Below, piece by piece: positions 27,101-39,416 of a stretch of DNA of 64,000 nt; positions within the stretch are counted from its first letter, which is position 1; each line of letters starts with the position of its first letter. The notes below the pieces were generated by a model that saw nothing but the letters and a program-made list of their open reading frames with translations, was not told where the DNA came from and made no database searches. The translations under genes were made by a program, and so were the position numbers. Source of the DNA: Phoronis australis (taxonomy: Eukaryota; Animalia; Phoronida); contig NMRA01000462.1 of assembly GCA_002633005.1 (NCBI GenBank), positions 227,594 to 291,593 of the forward strand. The letters run 5' to 3'.

Positions 27101-29998
27101 GTGGGTTCACTATTGGGGAGCCCAAACAATTTCTAAAACTGACATTTTCCTATTTCTGTAAATCGTATTATGGTACAATTTCACTGATTACATTTTTCAA
27201 AAGTTTCTAACATTGTATTGAATGTCCACAATTTCCCAAAAACATTGTATGAAAGTAGATTGGTTTAGCAGTTACTGGATGGTACTTATCTTTTATTAAA
27301 AAATGAAAACGTGATTGTCGGTCGTATTGCTGTCTCCTGAAGTGGTGAGATTTTACTGTAGAATTTGAGCTTTTAGTTCAACCAAATGTACCGCACAAAC
27401 CACGAATAATGAAGAAAGACGTGAACGATTGTTATTGTTGACGTATTTGAAAGATTTAGTTGTAAATAAGATTTTAGTTTGTTACCATTTTGTATCTGAA
27501 ACCAAAGAATTTTTACAGTAGTAAGTTCAGCAATTGCTGTGAATACGGTTGCATTTCAAAAAGTAAATTGGTGTATGGAGGAGCCTGGTGTACTGAGTCT
27601 GAAATAATAACCAAGTAATGTTACATATTTGCACGTGTGTTTGATTTTACAAAGTTCCCCACAGTCAAGACCCAGGCTTGTATAAGCCTGAGGGCCTTTT
27701 CCATTTGATGCCAACTGTTTGCCAGATATTTGCCCAGACGTTTGGTAAACATACAGTTCTTGGGAATATTTTTGTGATTTTTTGTGCTTTCTGGTCCTTA
27801 ACCTTTTTCAGCACAGCACCACATCATTGAAACTTCAATGCATAACTCTTGTTCATGTTGGTTCTCGGATTGGGACACCGAGATTCAAGATGAAGTTAAT
27901 TTTCTTGATTCTGAAGATTGGGACATGAGTAATGTTGACATACATTATATTTTTGAAATATTTCAAGTATTGGACACTACACTCCGTTTTGTATGAACAA
28001 AGTCCAGTAAAAGGATTTTCTGAGTACCCATAGTGTATATAGTGATATCAATGTGAATGATCATAGTCATTGATGGTAGTGTTTGAATTTGGAATGGCCA
28101 ATATTGGCTATTTTGGAAATTTGGCACAAGTTCTGATCTTGAGCAAAATAATATCTTTGACTCAAACTGAAGAATTTTTACCATATTCAAATTCGTATTT
28201 CAAGATTTGTTGTTGAGTAAAATTTCTGTTAATCACTATAACGTATTAAATAAGTAAGGAATTACCATATTGTTGCGAGTCATACTTAGCTGACATTTTT
28301 ACAAACAGTCTGTCCCTAATGTATGCCCAAGGGTCTACAATTGGAAAATATTTTCGCTCCCTCATTTTCTACATTTCTGAAAAACAGTGAACCTGGGAAT
28401 AAAAAATCATATTGTCTGCTTGTTGGTTTAGATGAAACTTTGTTCTCATAACGTTGTTTTTAGCTAGAATTTACAACAAACTTTTTTCATTTCTTTAAAC
28501 ATTTGTCGTTTATAATCCTCTGCCTTTCACTAATGTATATCAGAGTCTACTTTTGAAGTATTTGTTTACAGGTAAAAATGTGCAAATTTTTAAATATTTT
28601 TGTGATAAAACTGGGATGTTTTCTATAGATGAAGAATCTTGTGAAAATGCGAGATCTTGTAAGTCCTGTAGGATATTGCCATGCATTGCAGACGAAGCAG
28701 GTGTTCTGGTGAGTGTATGCTGGGCTCCTGCTTGTAATCTGAAGTACCTCCATGCCCCTACATTATCACATGTGCGTATAAACCCCGCTGGGGTTAAATG
28801 TCTGCTCAGGTTCTCTCCAAGATGCAAACTTTTGATATGGGCCACTTTCCCCCCATGGTCTCAACTTGTTCCTTATTCTGATGACAAGTGATGTATGAAT
28901 TTTGAAAGACCTGGCAGTTCCTCATTCGTTGAGACCGTGCTTAGCGCATAAAATGACACGCCATGACAAGTCATCTTGTACAACTTGATATCGAGTACTA
29001 ACAAAGTGTCAGTTCTTTCGAAGCCCCCATATCATTTCCAATTTGACTAGGGAACAATTTGAGACCAATTTCATAATGGTAAGTGGTCCAAATCGAAGTT
29101 GGTTTTGTGATGGAATCCGGGTCTACACTTCATTTAAAGTACATCCACCTTGAACTATGGTTACATTATGTAACACGCACAGGTATCATGTACATTGGTC
29201 TACTTTTGTTGCAAGATATTCAGCTATTTCATACGCGTGTCATCGATGCTTTCAGTTTGTTCAGATTATGTAGGATCTTATATTACTATCAGTAAAATTT
29301 GATTTTTGACTTTTTTATCCAAACTGTTATTCGTTAAGTCACGTGACCATGTCTTTTTAGTCAAATTTAGCAAAAAAGAAAAGTACATTAAAAGCAAAAC
29401 AATGGCATCAATGAATAATGACTGAAGTCCATTTAATATAAATGTTCAAAAACGTATGTATTACCCATTTGTTTTCCTTTGATGCAATCTTTACGTTTTT
29501 TTCACAAAGGCCATAAAAGATCTAATATTTGGTTTTCCTCATGCAAAAATATAGCATTTTAAAACAATTTCCTAGCAGCATTTCGGAGGACTGTTCTTAA
29601 AGCTCAGTATCTGAAGGTTTCATGTGAATATTATCAGGGGCCCTTTTCGTAACTGAAGATCACATGTAAGTCATTGAGTTCATATGCTCGACTTGCAGTG
29701 AATGAGTAAATATTTGCCTTCACTCGTACGGTACCGTATGGCTTTGTTAAGCTGAGCCTCATTTACCAAAAGGAAAATTTGTGAAGTACAGAAATTACGA
29801 ATTTTTGAATCATCATTTTGAGTTGTTTCCTTCTCATGGGAAACTAGGTCATAAGCTTGTCACCTAGATATCGATAGATAGCCATATCTATTGTTCACTT
29901 TTGTTTTTCTTTCCTATAATAAAGATAAGAAGTGATACTTTACACATGTATCCACTTGCTTTGTTGATTTATTCTTCTATGACGTTCTTAGTCATTAA

Positions 29999-30536
29999 GA
30001 TTATGTAGGACCCTAGAAAAATTCCCATTTTGGTGAACTTCGGAACATTATATCTCAAAAATGGCTAATTGGATTCATATGAAGCTTTCAGACACCCTGC
30101 TTTCTGCACTGCTCTCAAAACCGATTTGAGGAATTCTTTTTAAATTGTTTCACTTTTGCTTGAGGGGCTATGAAATAGTTGTTTTACGACTCATGAAAAA
30201 AATTTAAAGATGCATTAAATGAAAACGAAATGATGTTTTAGAAAACTATCAGCATTTTTGAGATCTCGCCTTGGAATATTTATATCTGATCAAATTTGAT
30301 CGTGTTATTGATACCATGGATGTGCTATCAATATACCTTTATTAATTGCTAAATTTGATTAAAAGTGCACTTTCACATGACCTAGTTTGGAATATATTGG
30401 TAAAAGGTGTAAATTTGAAGTCTACGAGCTTTCTTCTTTCAGAAATTATGAAATTATATACTTTTTTAGTTAAAATCTATAGCTTTGTAGGTATTCGGCT
30501 AAATATACAGACCTATCAGCAAGGCCCTGCATAACC
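29999..30536 (+). mobile_element. Kolobok-like TTAA MITE (~540 bp), representative of the most abundant family
   Basis: TTAA|GATTATGTAGGACC ... GGCCCTGCATAACC|TTAA; purine-starting termini argue against piggyBac. Related full or partial copies at ~2940-3150, 7265-7760, 15110-15621, 17455-17960, 18210-18330, 29330-29620, 35850-36470, 38548-39545, 42250-42722 and 43860-44228. Confidence 0.65.
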
Positions 30537-31695
30537 TTAAAAGGTTCCTTCTTGGTAATCTCCTGACTCCACGTTTTTGTTTTCAGTCGAGGAGTCCATG
30601 TGCACTTTGAGTGGTATTAGTAAGTCAGTCATCTAAGCAGTATTTTGGGGATATTCCTGGACTGCGCCTTTGCGCCATAAGGGCATAAAAAATAAAAGGC
30701 ACACTTTTTATCATCAGGTGCGCTCAAAGGGCACAGGTTCAAACCTGGTCAGGGATTTCCCTGTTGGACATGAACATGGCTCTGTTCGTATTTCGATTGT
30801 CCTTTCTGTTTCACATGTCACCACTTCAATTGTACTTAGTCTGCTGGCCACAACTTTTTGAAAAAAGGCACGTTGTTTATCAAAGGGCATAGGTTCAAAC
30901 CTGGTCAGGAATATTCCTGGGAAGAGCTGCCTCATGGCACCAGCATTAGTATTAGTACCAGCACAAGCAGAGCTGAGCTGTGTTTCTCAACTGAAATTGA
31001 CTGTCATCCTTGCCTGTAGTCAGCAAGGTGATATGCTCGCTCACCTTAACTATGTCCGTACATTGTAGAGTGTACACTAAGTTAAAAAAAGCCAGCAAGA
31101 GAGATTCGTAGTAAGTTGCCAGGTTATGCAATAATTAATTTTCATTGGCTACAGGAGGTAATTGGCAAGCACTTAGTTTACTTCGCCCGCATGCTGTGAG
31201 GATTTAGTCTTGTCAGATAAATAAAATCTAACAAGTGAGGCATTTGCTTTGCTACCTCGCGAGGCAAAAGTCCTCACGATGCACATAGCTGCAGATGTCA
31301 GCTATGAGCTTAAATCATTTGTATTCGAGGTGATGAGGTCGCTGTCTGCGCTGGCTCTCAGGCTCTCACACCCTCAGTTGTGCCTCCCATGTAAACAATT
31401 ATTTTGTTTTGTAACCTGTGCTCCATGAATGTATTTGGACTACTTTTATGGTTCTAGGAATATCCCTAAGAATGAAATACTGTAAAATCTCGGCAATAGT
31501 CTGATATAACGTGCCTGCATTTTGAGAACCAGTTTGATGCCGGTTATTTAGTGGGGAAAACTGATTTTCAAAATTCGGGCATGTTATGTCAGACCATTAC
31601 CTAAAATCTCATTAACTCGGAATACTGTATGGCAAACATTTGAAATTTTATTTTCTCATTTTTTACATAAGAGATACGTAGCATCAACTTAATGT

Positions 31696-32134
31696 TTTAC
31701 CACTTTCAAGTTCTGCACCATCAGACAATATTTTACCATGTTCAAGTTCTGTACCACCATCAGACAATATTTTTCCTCGTTCAAGTTCTGTAGCATCAGA
31801 TAATATTTTACCATGTTCAAGTTCTGTACCACCATCAGACAATATATTACCACGTTCAAGTTCTCTAGCATCAGATAATATTTTACCATGTTCAAGTTCT
31901 GTACCACCATCAGACAATATTTTACCACCTTCAAGTTCTGTAGCATCAGATAATATTTTACCATGTTCAAGTTCTGTACCACCATCAGGCAATATTTTAC
32001 CACGTTCAAGTTCTGTACCATCAGACAATATTTTACTATGTTCAAGTTCTGTACCCCCATAAGACAATATTTTACCACGTTCAAGTTCTGTACCATCAGA
32101 CAATATTTTACCATGTTCAAGTTCTATATAGCAA
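31696..32134. repeat. Minisatellite, ~12 units alternating 36 and 39 bp (75-bp dimer)
   Basis: Repeats of tttaccaYgttcaagttctgta(cca)ccatcagacaatat read directly; they explain the repetitive ORFs 31684-32172 and 31689-32120. Confidence 0.95.
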
Positions 32135-32398
32135 CAATATAAGAAGCGCTTGAAAAGGTGCAACTTTGGCAATCATTTTTTGTCCCAGATGGCTGAGATT
32201 TTACTGAACTAAAGGATACTTGTCTTTGAGAGATAAATTTCAGAAATTAGGTGATGGTGCCATATTGGACTCGCGGTTTTGGCCAAGGTTGTCCATTTCC
32301 TCTGAAGTCTTCAATTCTCAAATGAACGTATGTCACTTCCAAAATGTAAATTGTATTTGTGACAACCTTGTGATATCGAATTTTGATTGTAATCTTTG

Positions 32399-32750
32399 TA
32401 CGCCCACACATTTATATGTGGGTGCATATTGTCCTCATGTCCGGGCATCGGGCTTCTGCTGTTGTACCGCCTAAACCCTTTGCTTAATCACAAGAGATTT
32501 GGCAGAAGTGTTCCTATGAAGCTGACGGCAGATGCATGATGACAAGTTTCAGACCAATCTGTGCTCCCTAGCCATAATTTTAGTTTGTTAGTGTACTACT
32601 GTATCTTAGCAGATCCTTGACAATTTTTTTATGTTTACCTTTGCATCTTTAGACAATCTTAATGGATTTTCATGAAATTTGTTTAATATGTTTCTATTGA
32701 GGAGACGCCTTCCCATTTTTCCGATGGAGTTTAAGTATCCTGTGCCTGCA
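32399..32750 (+). mobile_element. HINE family A, old partial copy
   Basis: CGCCCACACATTTATATGTGGGTGCATATTG head and decayed subunit sequence (ggattttcatgaaatttg). Confidence 0.5.
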
Positions 32751-35700
32751 TTTCTGGGTCAAGTGTACTTTAACCAGCTGGTTTGGCCATTAAAGGTAGA
32801 AAGTTCAAGGGATATTGGTTATGCAATAAACAGAAGAGTGAGAAAGTAACCTGGTATCTAATTACCAACGTGAAAATCATGTCATATTCCTAAATGAAAA
32901 TCCTGAACTCAAATGATTTGATGTTGTACAGGGTGTTGCAAAAATGTTCACACGAATATTCTAAAATAGGAGCACCAGGATATTGTTGTACTGGGAAGTA
33001 ATTTTGTTTTTTCTTATGGTGGTATGAATTGATTTTCATTACCAACAAGAACATCGAAACCAAGAACATCAACGATTTTAAGACCAGAAGTAGCTTAATT
33101 CGTTTTTCGCAGCTAAATACCGAGGAAATCAGTTTGATGCTGGACTTCCTCACTGGCTACTTTTAAAACATGAAATCAAGTAGACCTAATGCTGTTAAAT
33201 TAGACTTCAAAGAACTTTTCATTGGTAACAGCAGTTTCAAGGTTGAGTTCAGAGGATGTATCATGATCCAAGAATAGGTGTTTAAAATGAAATTTTTGCA
33301 AACATGGAGTGGTATTTGTCTGAACAGTAGATTCAGGTAAACACGCTGGACTTGCATGCGTAAGTGAAATAAAATGCACAAGTAGGATAGAACAGGTATT
33401 TCCTACCTAAGTAACGAGAGGCACTGTTGAAATTCTCACTGTTCATTATACTTCCAGTTCAAGCTGCATTTAGCCTGCTTATTTGGCTACAAACAAAAAT
33501 TGAATTAGGCCTTTACTCTCTTAAAATTTGTCCCATCGTTTTCTTTACCATGGTAAGATTCCATTTGCATTACGAACGAAAACGGAATGCGATCATGGTA
33601 AGGAACATAATGAGACGGATTTTATGATTATATAATGTTAATTTTTTATCCTACCAAAAGTGGGGGTTAAGTGTAGCTTGAAGTGAATTTTGTACGTTCT
33701 GGGACGTAAAATTTGCCATAGGCATTCACAAAGACATGGAGGCTTTCACGGAAGTCACCATTGTGTAAATTGGGTGGACAATAAGCAGATCGTGTTTGTT
33801 TAAAAATTAAAATTTGAAAATTATGCAGGTGATGCATAAGTTGAACGTGGGTGTTAATGGCATTGAGTCCCGTCCTTTTGATTTGGAAAAGTTTATAAAA
33901 CTGAACAACTTACCAGAGTTCTGTGTTTAAAATTCTGTTGGTTTGATTGCCAGCGAATGAATTATCATGTGTGTAAACTTTTTTTAGAATATGAAAGTAC
34001 CCATTAGTATCGGTTTGCATTAACATTTGCAATCTAGCCAATCACTATGAAGCATTTATTTCCTCGTTTTCTGATACAAAGTGTTTCTGTGTTCTAGAGC
34101 CTGGGTGACAAAGTTCAAACTGGAACAAATCAAGTTGGCAGTTGTGACTGGTGGTGAATCTTTCTATTGAAGGAATTTGCAGTGAATTCCATTCAGTTCA
34201 TGGTTTTGTATTGTGTAATTAAAAAAATGCTAACATGCCGTATTAAAAACAAATCAGTGGGCTCTTCCCAGGGACACGTTCAGCGACCGTCATTTGGACG
34301 GCCAGTTTTAAAAAATGACTGCTTAGACTGCACGACCAAGATAGAAAAAACAGCCTGTTCCAAGACAACCTCGGTGAAAGTGACAGCTAAAGTGAAGAAT
34401 TTTAACATTTTGGTTTCATAAATTTTACTAAAATCTGCTTTTCATTGTCTTAGTGCAAGAAATATTCAGACATTAAAATTGTCATTTATGGTTACCATAA
34501 ATGTCACACTGACTGTCGGCAAATGGTGACAGCCATTTTTTTCAAGGAGACTACCTCCCTGTCCTGTGACATCAAGGTATTCTCATACATAATAACCACA
34601 TATGGAAGTGTCAGTCTTTTGCGAAATTGGACCCCTACTTTTCATAGTTGAGTCCCTAGTTCTGTCACAAAACATTAACTGAAATAATTATTTTCGGCAT
34701 TAGAACTTAAATTTTAGCTTCACAAGCAGAGTTTTTCTTCTAACTTTAGAAATTCGAGGCAAAACCAAAAAGCCAAAAGCTCCTCACAAGTTAAATGAAA
34801 TGCAAGTTACAAGCCTTTTTGTATGTAATGTTCCAAAATCTTCTAGCAAAAGTGGAAAAAACAGGGTATTTTGCCCCTTAGCTTGTTCTTTAAATTCGAA
34901 ACCTGTTGGTTTTTAAGAAGTGAGTAAATCTAATCAGCCTCGATTTGCTGATCTACCTATATATATATCACCAATGTGATAGATTGTGTTTGACAACATG
35001 GGAAAAATTCGAAGTCGCCACGAGGTCGCCAATACGAGGATCCACGACGTTTAAATTATAACAGGAAGTAAACAGACAGAAGTTGGAATTGTTCCGCAAA
35101 AATTGGATAAGTTCGGGAAAATTTGCGCCACCAGCGCATGCGGTCGTCTGCTTTCGATGCCCGTTTGTGAGTCGTTGGCGGGAGTAATAATTGAGTAACA
35201 GAATGAACGTATGTAATTTACGGTGGAAATCTGAGAACCGGAAAGAGAATGGGTGCCATGACAGCGTACAACATTTTTTTGGTCTACGGAAGTTCACACC
35301 GTTTAGGAGAGAAGGAAACCTCAGAATTTGTCGGCGCTGGAGATTTCAGTTTTGGCGACCTCAGATTTCGATCGCGGTGCTAATGATAATCAATGATAAT
35401 GATAACAATGATAGTAATTATAAAATGAATAATGTCAGTAGTAACGTTTGCATAGTTCATTACTGTATTGGATGAAAGTGCATTGCATTATGCAATATTG
35501 ATAACCGGACCTATGGAATAGTAGGACTATCCTAGGTTATTATTGTCTTTCGTATGTCAGTGCAATTGGGGCTAATGTACTCTAAACATGACTCGAAGAT
35601 TGAATAATTACATGGCACGGTTCGAATAATGCAATATGATTGGTTATGTTTTGAGTCCGAATCTTTTGTCTGAGTGTCAAGTCTGAGCTCGAAGATTAGA

Positions 35701-36970
35701 TCCTGCGCTCTTGCCTTGATTGGTATGTCTTCCTGATGTGTCATTTGCACGTAATGAAAGGCAAACTGTTGAAAAAAGAAAGCCTTAGAATTTCAAATTG
35801 ATTTTTAACTTTATACCTCACTCCCATTAATTAGGTTATAAGACTGGCTTTTTAGTAAAATTTAGTGAAAAAAGTTTTCATAGGAAAACAATGGTAACTA
35901 CAGCATGACCAAATTTCATTTGATAAGATCTCAAAAATGCTGTTACAGTTTTCTAAATTGCCATTCAGTTATCATTTTATGCAACTTTTGAGTTTATCAG
36001 AAAAACCACATTAACAGCTTGATGTTTTAAATGACGACATCGGCATGAGGATCAAAATTCCAGGCTTCAAAATTTGGACCCTCAGCTCTTTGGATACCTT
36101 CAGGCATAAGGGAGCTCACCCGGAGGTGACTGAAGAGCAGGACTCTTAAAATTAATATTAATATTAAGGTGTCACACAATGGTGGTCTTTTGGTAGGGCT
36201 CCTTTATTAATATAGGGGCATCACTTCTGAGATTGCTTGTCGTTTTAATGAGAATAATTGATTTAAAATAAGGTGTTAAAAGTTCTATATTTGATAGCGC
36301 CTTGTGCTCAAGTGGTTTGTTTTAACAATTCCTAAAGAAGTTTTGAAGAACAGCGCATAAAGCATAGTATTTGAAAGTTTCATGTAAATCCGATGGGATT
36401 AAATCAAGGACATGACATTCCGAGCTTATGTAAACATAGACATTTTCTAGGGTTCTACATAACCCTGTGGAAACTGACAATGTTGGGTCACAGGATTTTG
36501 TTGATATTTTCGCCTTTCTAAAAGTTGTGGAACATATTGCCTCCAACTGGTTTCCATTGACAAAACATTCCTAGTTATCCAGGGCAAATGAAGCTCTCAC
36601 CAAGAAAAAAGTAAGTTAAGCTAATATGAATCACAAAACTTAACTTTCAAAGAGTTTTAGGTAGAAACTTTGGGCTGTATCATATGTCAAAAAGCTCAAA
36701 GCTGTTTTGAAGACCATAAATTAAACAAATAGCTTAAAACTTCTGTCTTCATTACCATAATAAGCCAATTATTTGTCTGGAAAAGAACGGGTCATTCCCG
36801 GAATAATGCATGGAAAACGAATTTCAACAGGCCATAAATTTTGACATGGGTGGCCAAACATTCAAATCATTTGCTGATGATCATTACAGTTTTTTTTGGT
36901 CATCATATGATAATTATGCTAAAACTGAATTCGAGCACAATATGTCAAGACACGTGAAGTTTTATTTTTT

Positions 36971-38282
36971 ATGCGCCCGCATATTTATATTTGGGTACAT
37001 ATTGCCATCATCTCTGTTGGGGCGTCCAGTATACGCGGCTATATCTCCTAAACCGCTTGCAGGATCTTATTGAAAAATGGCAGGTGTATTCCCGTGGGGT
37101 TGACGACAGAGGGTGACGAGTTTCGACGACCCCAATACCGCTGTGCCCCCTAGTAGCAATTTTATTTTATGTTTACCTCTGTATCGTCAAAGGTCCTCGA
37201 CCGATTTTCATAAAATTTAGCACATAGGCATCTAGTAATGAGGTTTCAATATCCTCCCGTTTTTGGATGGATTTGAGGCATTTTGCGCCATCTAGTGGCC
37301 ATGTTTACTATTTTCAAGACCGTTTTTTGGCATCTGCCCCTCTTGTCAACCAAACCACTCTAAAGATGATTGCAAAAATTGGCATGTATGTTCTTACTAT
37401 GAAGAGGATGGTTGACGATGATTTTTCGATTACTGTGGTGCCTCCTAGTGGTAGTTTTGTTAGTTTTTGCGCCCATGGTTGTATCTCCTACACGCTCTAA
37501 AGGATCTTTTATCAAATGTAGTAAATGTGTTTATATGATGTTGACAACGGACGATGACGACTTTTGGACAGATCGGACTACAGGTGTGCCCCCCTAGTGG
37601 CAATTTTATTGTTTTTATGTTTACCTCTGTATCTTCAAAGTTCTTTGATCATGGATTTCTATAAAATTTGGCACATAGGCATCTATTAATGAGGTGACGC
37701 TATCCTCCCGTTTTCGGATGGATTCGGGGTATTTTGCGCCACTTATTGGCCATTTTTACTGTTTTCAAGTCTTTTTTGTCGTCCCTCCCTCCATCAATTG
37801 AACAACTTTAAGGATGATTGTGAAAATTGGCATGTATGTTGTTACTATGAAAAGGATGGTTGACGATGATTTTCCGACGACTTTGACTATTGTGGCGCCT
37901 CCTAGTGGCAGTTTTATTTGTTTTTGAGCCCGTGGCTGTATCTCCTAAGCCCTCTGCAGAATGTTTACTTAATTTAGCATGTGTATTTAACGGTATGTGA
38001 CATTGACAACAAGAGACGACAACTTTCAGACGGATCCAATGAACCTTTGTCCTCTAGTGGCAATTTCATTTTTTTGGTTTTGCTAAAGTTTCTTGACGGA
38101 TTTTCATGAAATGTGGTAAAAAGCTTTCTGTTAAAAAATGGTGACATTCTCCTGTTTTGCAATGAATTTGAAATGTTTTGCTCTATCTAGTGGCCATTTT
38201 CATGATACAAATAAGCACCCTAGAAGCACACCATTTGCAGTGCATTCGTGGGCGCATTTCAACACTCCGTGTTGCTCTTGTT
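36971..38282 (+). mobile_element. HINE family A, full-length copy (~1.3 kb)
   Basis: 5' ATGCGCCCGCATAT hairpin; ~8 diverged ~150-bp subunits; 3' subTIR GTGGGCGCAT plus hairpin CAACAC-TCC-GTGTTG; T-rich flanks. Confidence 0.75.
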
Positions 38283-38854
38283 GAAGGATATGTAGCGCCA
38301 AGCAGTGTAGGCCTACCATAGCTATATTTTGAAAAATTGTGGTTATTCACAACAATGTTAAAAGCCTTTGAAAAATAAAAGGGGAATATTTTACTGTACT
38401 TTTAAGTTCTACTGAAAGATGTGCACCCAAAATTGAACTACTTTCATGCGTTAATCTGTTAGCTGAGGCAGTCGGTTGTAATAAGTGTGTCATGTGTTTG
38501 TGATCATCCTGTTTTCAAGCTCTAAATGGATAAAGTTTCCAATTTAAGGTTATGTAGGACATCAGAAAAATGTCCTAAGTTGGCTAACTTTGATACGCCA
38601 TATCTCAGAAACAGCTCGCCAGATTTGCTATGTACTGTTCTTGAAAATGCTGTTTTCACTATTACTGGCTGGCTTATCAAAAATAGTACTTTATGATTTT
38701 CAAGAAGAAATTTAAAGTTGAATAAAACAGCAATAAAATATTTCAGAAAACAGTAACATCATTTTTGAAGTTTCACCTTCAACATTAATATCAAATAAAA
38801 TTTGATCATGTTACTGATACTGTTGTTTCGCTGTCGCAGTACCTTTCCTCCTCA

Positions 38855-39416
38855 CTGGTTCCTTACATGCCTTGCCAGCATGCAGGTATCATGCAGTAGC
38901 ACACGCTTTAGCATTGGTTGATGTAACCTCGGCAGTCATTGGTTAGCTTTACAACAACGTGAAAACATGGGGACTATGAACAATTTTAGCCTTGTCATGC
39001 TAGTGGCGTTGCAGCAACTATTTCGTTTCACCAGTAATGTTTAATATGCACATGCTTGAAGCACATACATGTACAATAAATTCATATCTGGCGGATTTAA
39101 CCGGTGTGTTATTCATACTGTATGAATACAGGACAGTATCGTAAACAAAAGTCGACAGTAGAAAGATGCACTCCGAAAAGGCGCAACCACAATTTCTGGG
39201 TTTCACATTTCCTGAACATAAATTTTGAGCACCGATTTGTCTGTACAACTGAGCACATTTACTCTTCCTCCATCAGTCATGCCAGTTTGTTTGCGTAAAG
39301 AGCTGCCTGTTGAGAAATTGACCAGCCAATCAGAAACGCTGGTGGAAAAAATTTATCAAAGAAAATTAAGTGATACATGCGTGCTGTATACCACCCAGCG
39401 GCACGCAGGGAACCAG
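38855..39416. mobile_element. TIR element inserted into a Kolobok-like MITE
   Basis: CTGGTTCC..ATGCC / GGCACGCAGGGAACCAG termini; the host MITE starts at 38548 and resumes at ~39450. Confidence 0.5.

Noticed and set aside
28629-28658. 30-nt AG/GTAAGT-bounded segment (MKNLVKMRDL) as the MAK16 start exon
   Set aside because: The phase fits, but it lacks the conserved MQ(H/S)DD and sits in sequence resembling a dispersed repeat end (similar to ~58760, inverted).
31684-32172. 162-aa and 143-aa repetitive ORFs as real protein genes
   Set aside because: Fully explained by a MITE-derived minisatellite with unit lengths divisible by 3; no evidence of gene structure.
32790-33400. Decayed coding-like stretch
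   Set aside because: Multiple stops in all frames and no recognisable motif; cannot be assigned without a search.
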